DNA from: Octopus sinensis
Taxonomy: Eukaryota
Length of the DNA: 64,000 nt
Direction of reading: 5' to 3'
NCBI RefSeq assembly: GCF_006345805.1
Contig: NC_043022.1
Location: forward strand, 10,664,001-10,728,000
The position numbers and the translations under genes were made by a program. The notes under the pieces are model-generated. The model was not told where the DNA came from. It saw only the letters and a list, made by a program, of their open reading frames with translations, and did not search any database. Positions 62,121 through 64,000 of the stretch are shown here, piece by piece (within the stretch, counting starts at the first letter, position 1; the number at the start of each line of letters is the position of its first letter).

Positions 62121-63639
62121 TTATTATTATTATTATTATCATCATCATTATTATTATAATTATTGTTATTAGTGAAGGTGTGTGGGCAAGTGGTCAGGGT
62201 GTTGCACTCATGATTGCTGGATTGTAGGTTCGATTCCTGGACCAAGCAGCATGTTGAGTTCTTCAGCAAAACACTTCCTTTCATGTTGGTCTGGATCACT
62301 TTGACACCTGACATGTGGTATGTTGTGCACCTGTCCCGGAGACATTGATCTGATGGAAGGAATGACCTAAGGTACCGCACAAACATTTCATCACTATAAA
62401 CAACCCTTTTGTGCTGGTCATTCAACCAAAACTGAACACTCACATGGAGTCTTTGATGGGGGATTCCACCACCACCACCACCACCACACATGCCACTATC
62501 ATCGTCATTATTTTTATTTGTAGCAGTAGCAGCAGCAATAGTAGTGGTGGTGGTGGTGGTGGTGGTGGTGAAGGTGTAGGTGGTAGCAGTTATGGTGATA
62601 GCGGCGGTAGTACTGGTTATAGTGATGATGGTGGTGGTAGTGTTAGTAGTAATAGTAGTAGTAGCAGTAGTAGAAGTAGTACTAATAGTGGTGGTGGTGG
62701 TAATGAATATCAGTGATGGTATTTGCTTAATAAATTGTTGTAGCAGTAGAGTGATCACAGCTTCTCTCTCTCCCTCTCTCTCTCAATCACTCACACACAC
62801 ACACACACACGACCAAACATACACATGCTCTCCACCTCTACCATCTCTCCCCCTTTTCTCTCTTCCCATCTCTCTCTCTCTCTCTCACATTTTCTCACTG
62901 ACATGCACACATACACACACACACCTTCTCCTCCTCTTTACCTCAGTCATATGTACACATGCATACACTCCTTGCCTACAATCTTCCTCCTCCTCCTCTC
63001 TCTTTTTCTAACTCATACACACATATATATACACATACAACCAAACATACACACACTCCTTCTCCACCATCTCCCTCTCCTTCTCTCTCTCTCTCATTCA
63101 CTCATATGCACATATACACATGCAACCACCCACACATAAACACTCTTTATCCCCCCTACCATTCTCTTTCTCTTTCTCCATCTTTCTCTCTCTCTCTCTC
63201 CCTCCTTCGCTCCATCTCTCTTCACACACCATAACACAATTAGATAAACATATTGATTATTTTTCCACCATCATTCTGATCTCTCTACCAGCACTCCATA
63301 AACACACACACACACATACACACACACACATGTGCACACACACACATGCTCATATGCATAAATGCAAACACACACACAAACACATATATATATGCCCCCC
63401 CCCCACATATATGTATATATATATATATATATACGTACACATACCTGCACACAAGCAAATATGCAAGTATACACATGTATGCACACCCACCAACACACAT
63501 ATGTATATATGCATACATTTGCACATGAATGCAGACACACATTTGCACTCACGAACATATATATGCATACTTGCACAAGTGCACATACACACACATTTGC
63601 ACACCCTCACACAAGCATACATATGTGTATACACATACA

Positions 63640-63714
<75 letters not shown>

Positions 63715-64000
63715 CCAAGCACAAACATGCATATATACACACACCCATACCCAGACACATATATGCATACACACACATACACACAAACACATATACAAAC
63801 ATATGCATGCACACACACCCTAATGCATATGCATATGTGCACATAAATACATATGTACCCTCTACACACGCATATGCATGCACACACACACTCAAACACA
63901 AGCACACACATATGTGTACACACACACATATATGCACACACATGCATCTACAAACATATAGGCATTCATGCACGCATGCATGTACACACATATTCATACA
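62090..64000. repeat. Microsatellite/low-complexity block ((ATT)n, (GTA/GTG)n, (CT)n, (CA/TA)n)
   Basis: Direct reading. Confidence 0.9.

Overview
AT-rich, microsatellite-dense animal genomic DNA. The SINE/LINE/Helitron complement looks like a coleoid cephalopod (Octopus-like); this is inferred, not verified. Only one host protein-coding gene is well supported: a + strand C2H2 zinc-finger transcription factor with five N-terminal fingers and an Ikaros/Hunchback-type C-terminal dimerisation finger pair. The ORF-track start (GTG 23193) is really a splice-acceptor boundary. I reconstruct the CDS as 16378-16393 (MSSSS + C) joined to 23191-24680, 501 aa, with a possible non-coding first exon ending at 5177. 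The rest is mostly repeats: a stack of Helitrons with a Pif1-helicase relic, piggyBac-type MITEs (TTAA), hAT and mariner MITEs, a decayed DD41D-like Tc1/mariner, RTE LINE fragments and their VNTR-bearing 3' UTRs, a 5'-truncated R4/Dong element in (TAA)n, and several tRNA-derived SINE families. The most interesting unexplained structures are: (i) degenerate hammerhead-ribozyme-like motifs in Penelope-like repeats, including one element that joins a tRNA-like Pol III head to a hammerhead tail (52460-52826); (ii) two near-perfect long palindromes at ~44 kb; (iii) several intronic fold-back elements; (iv) a strong cryptic splice donor immediately before the dimerisation fingers. Nearly all other ORF-track entries are microsatellite or repeat artefacts. 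No rRNA, intact tRNA or CRISPR array was seen. All alignments and counts were done by eye.
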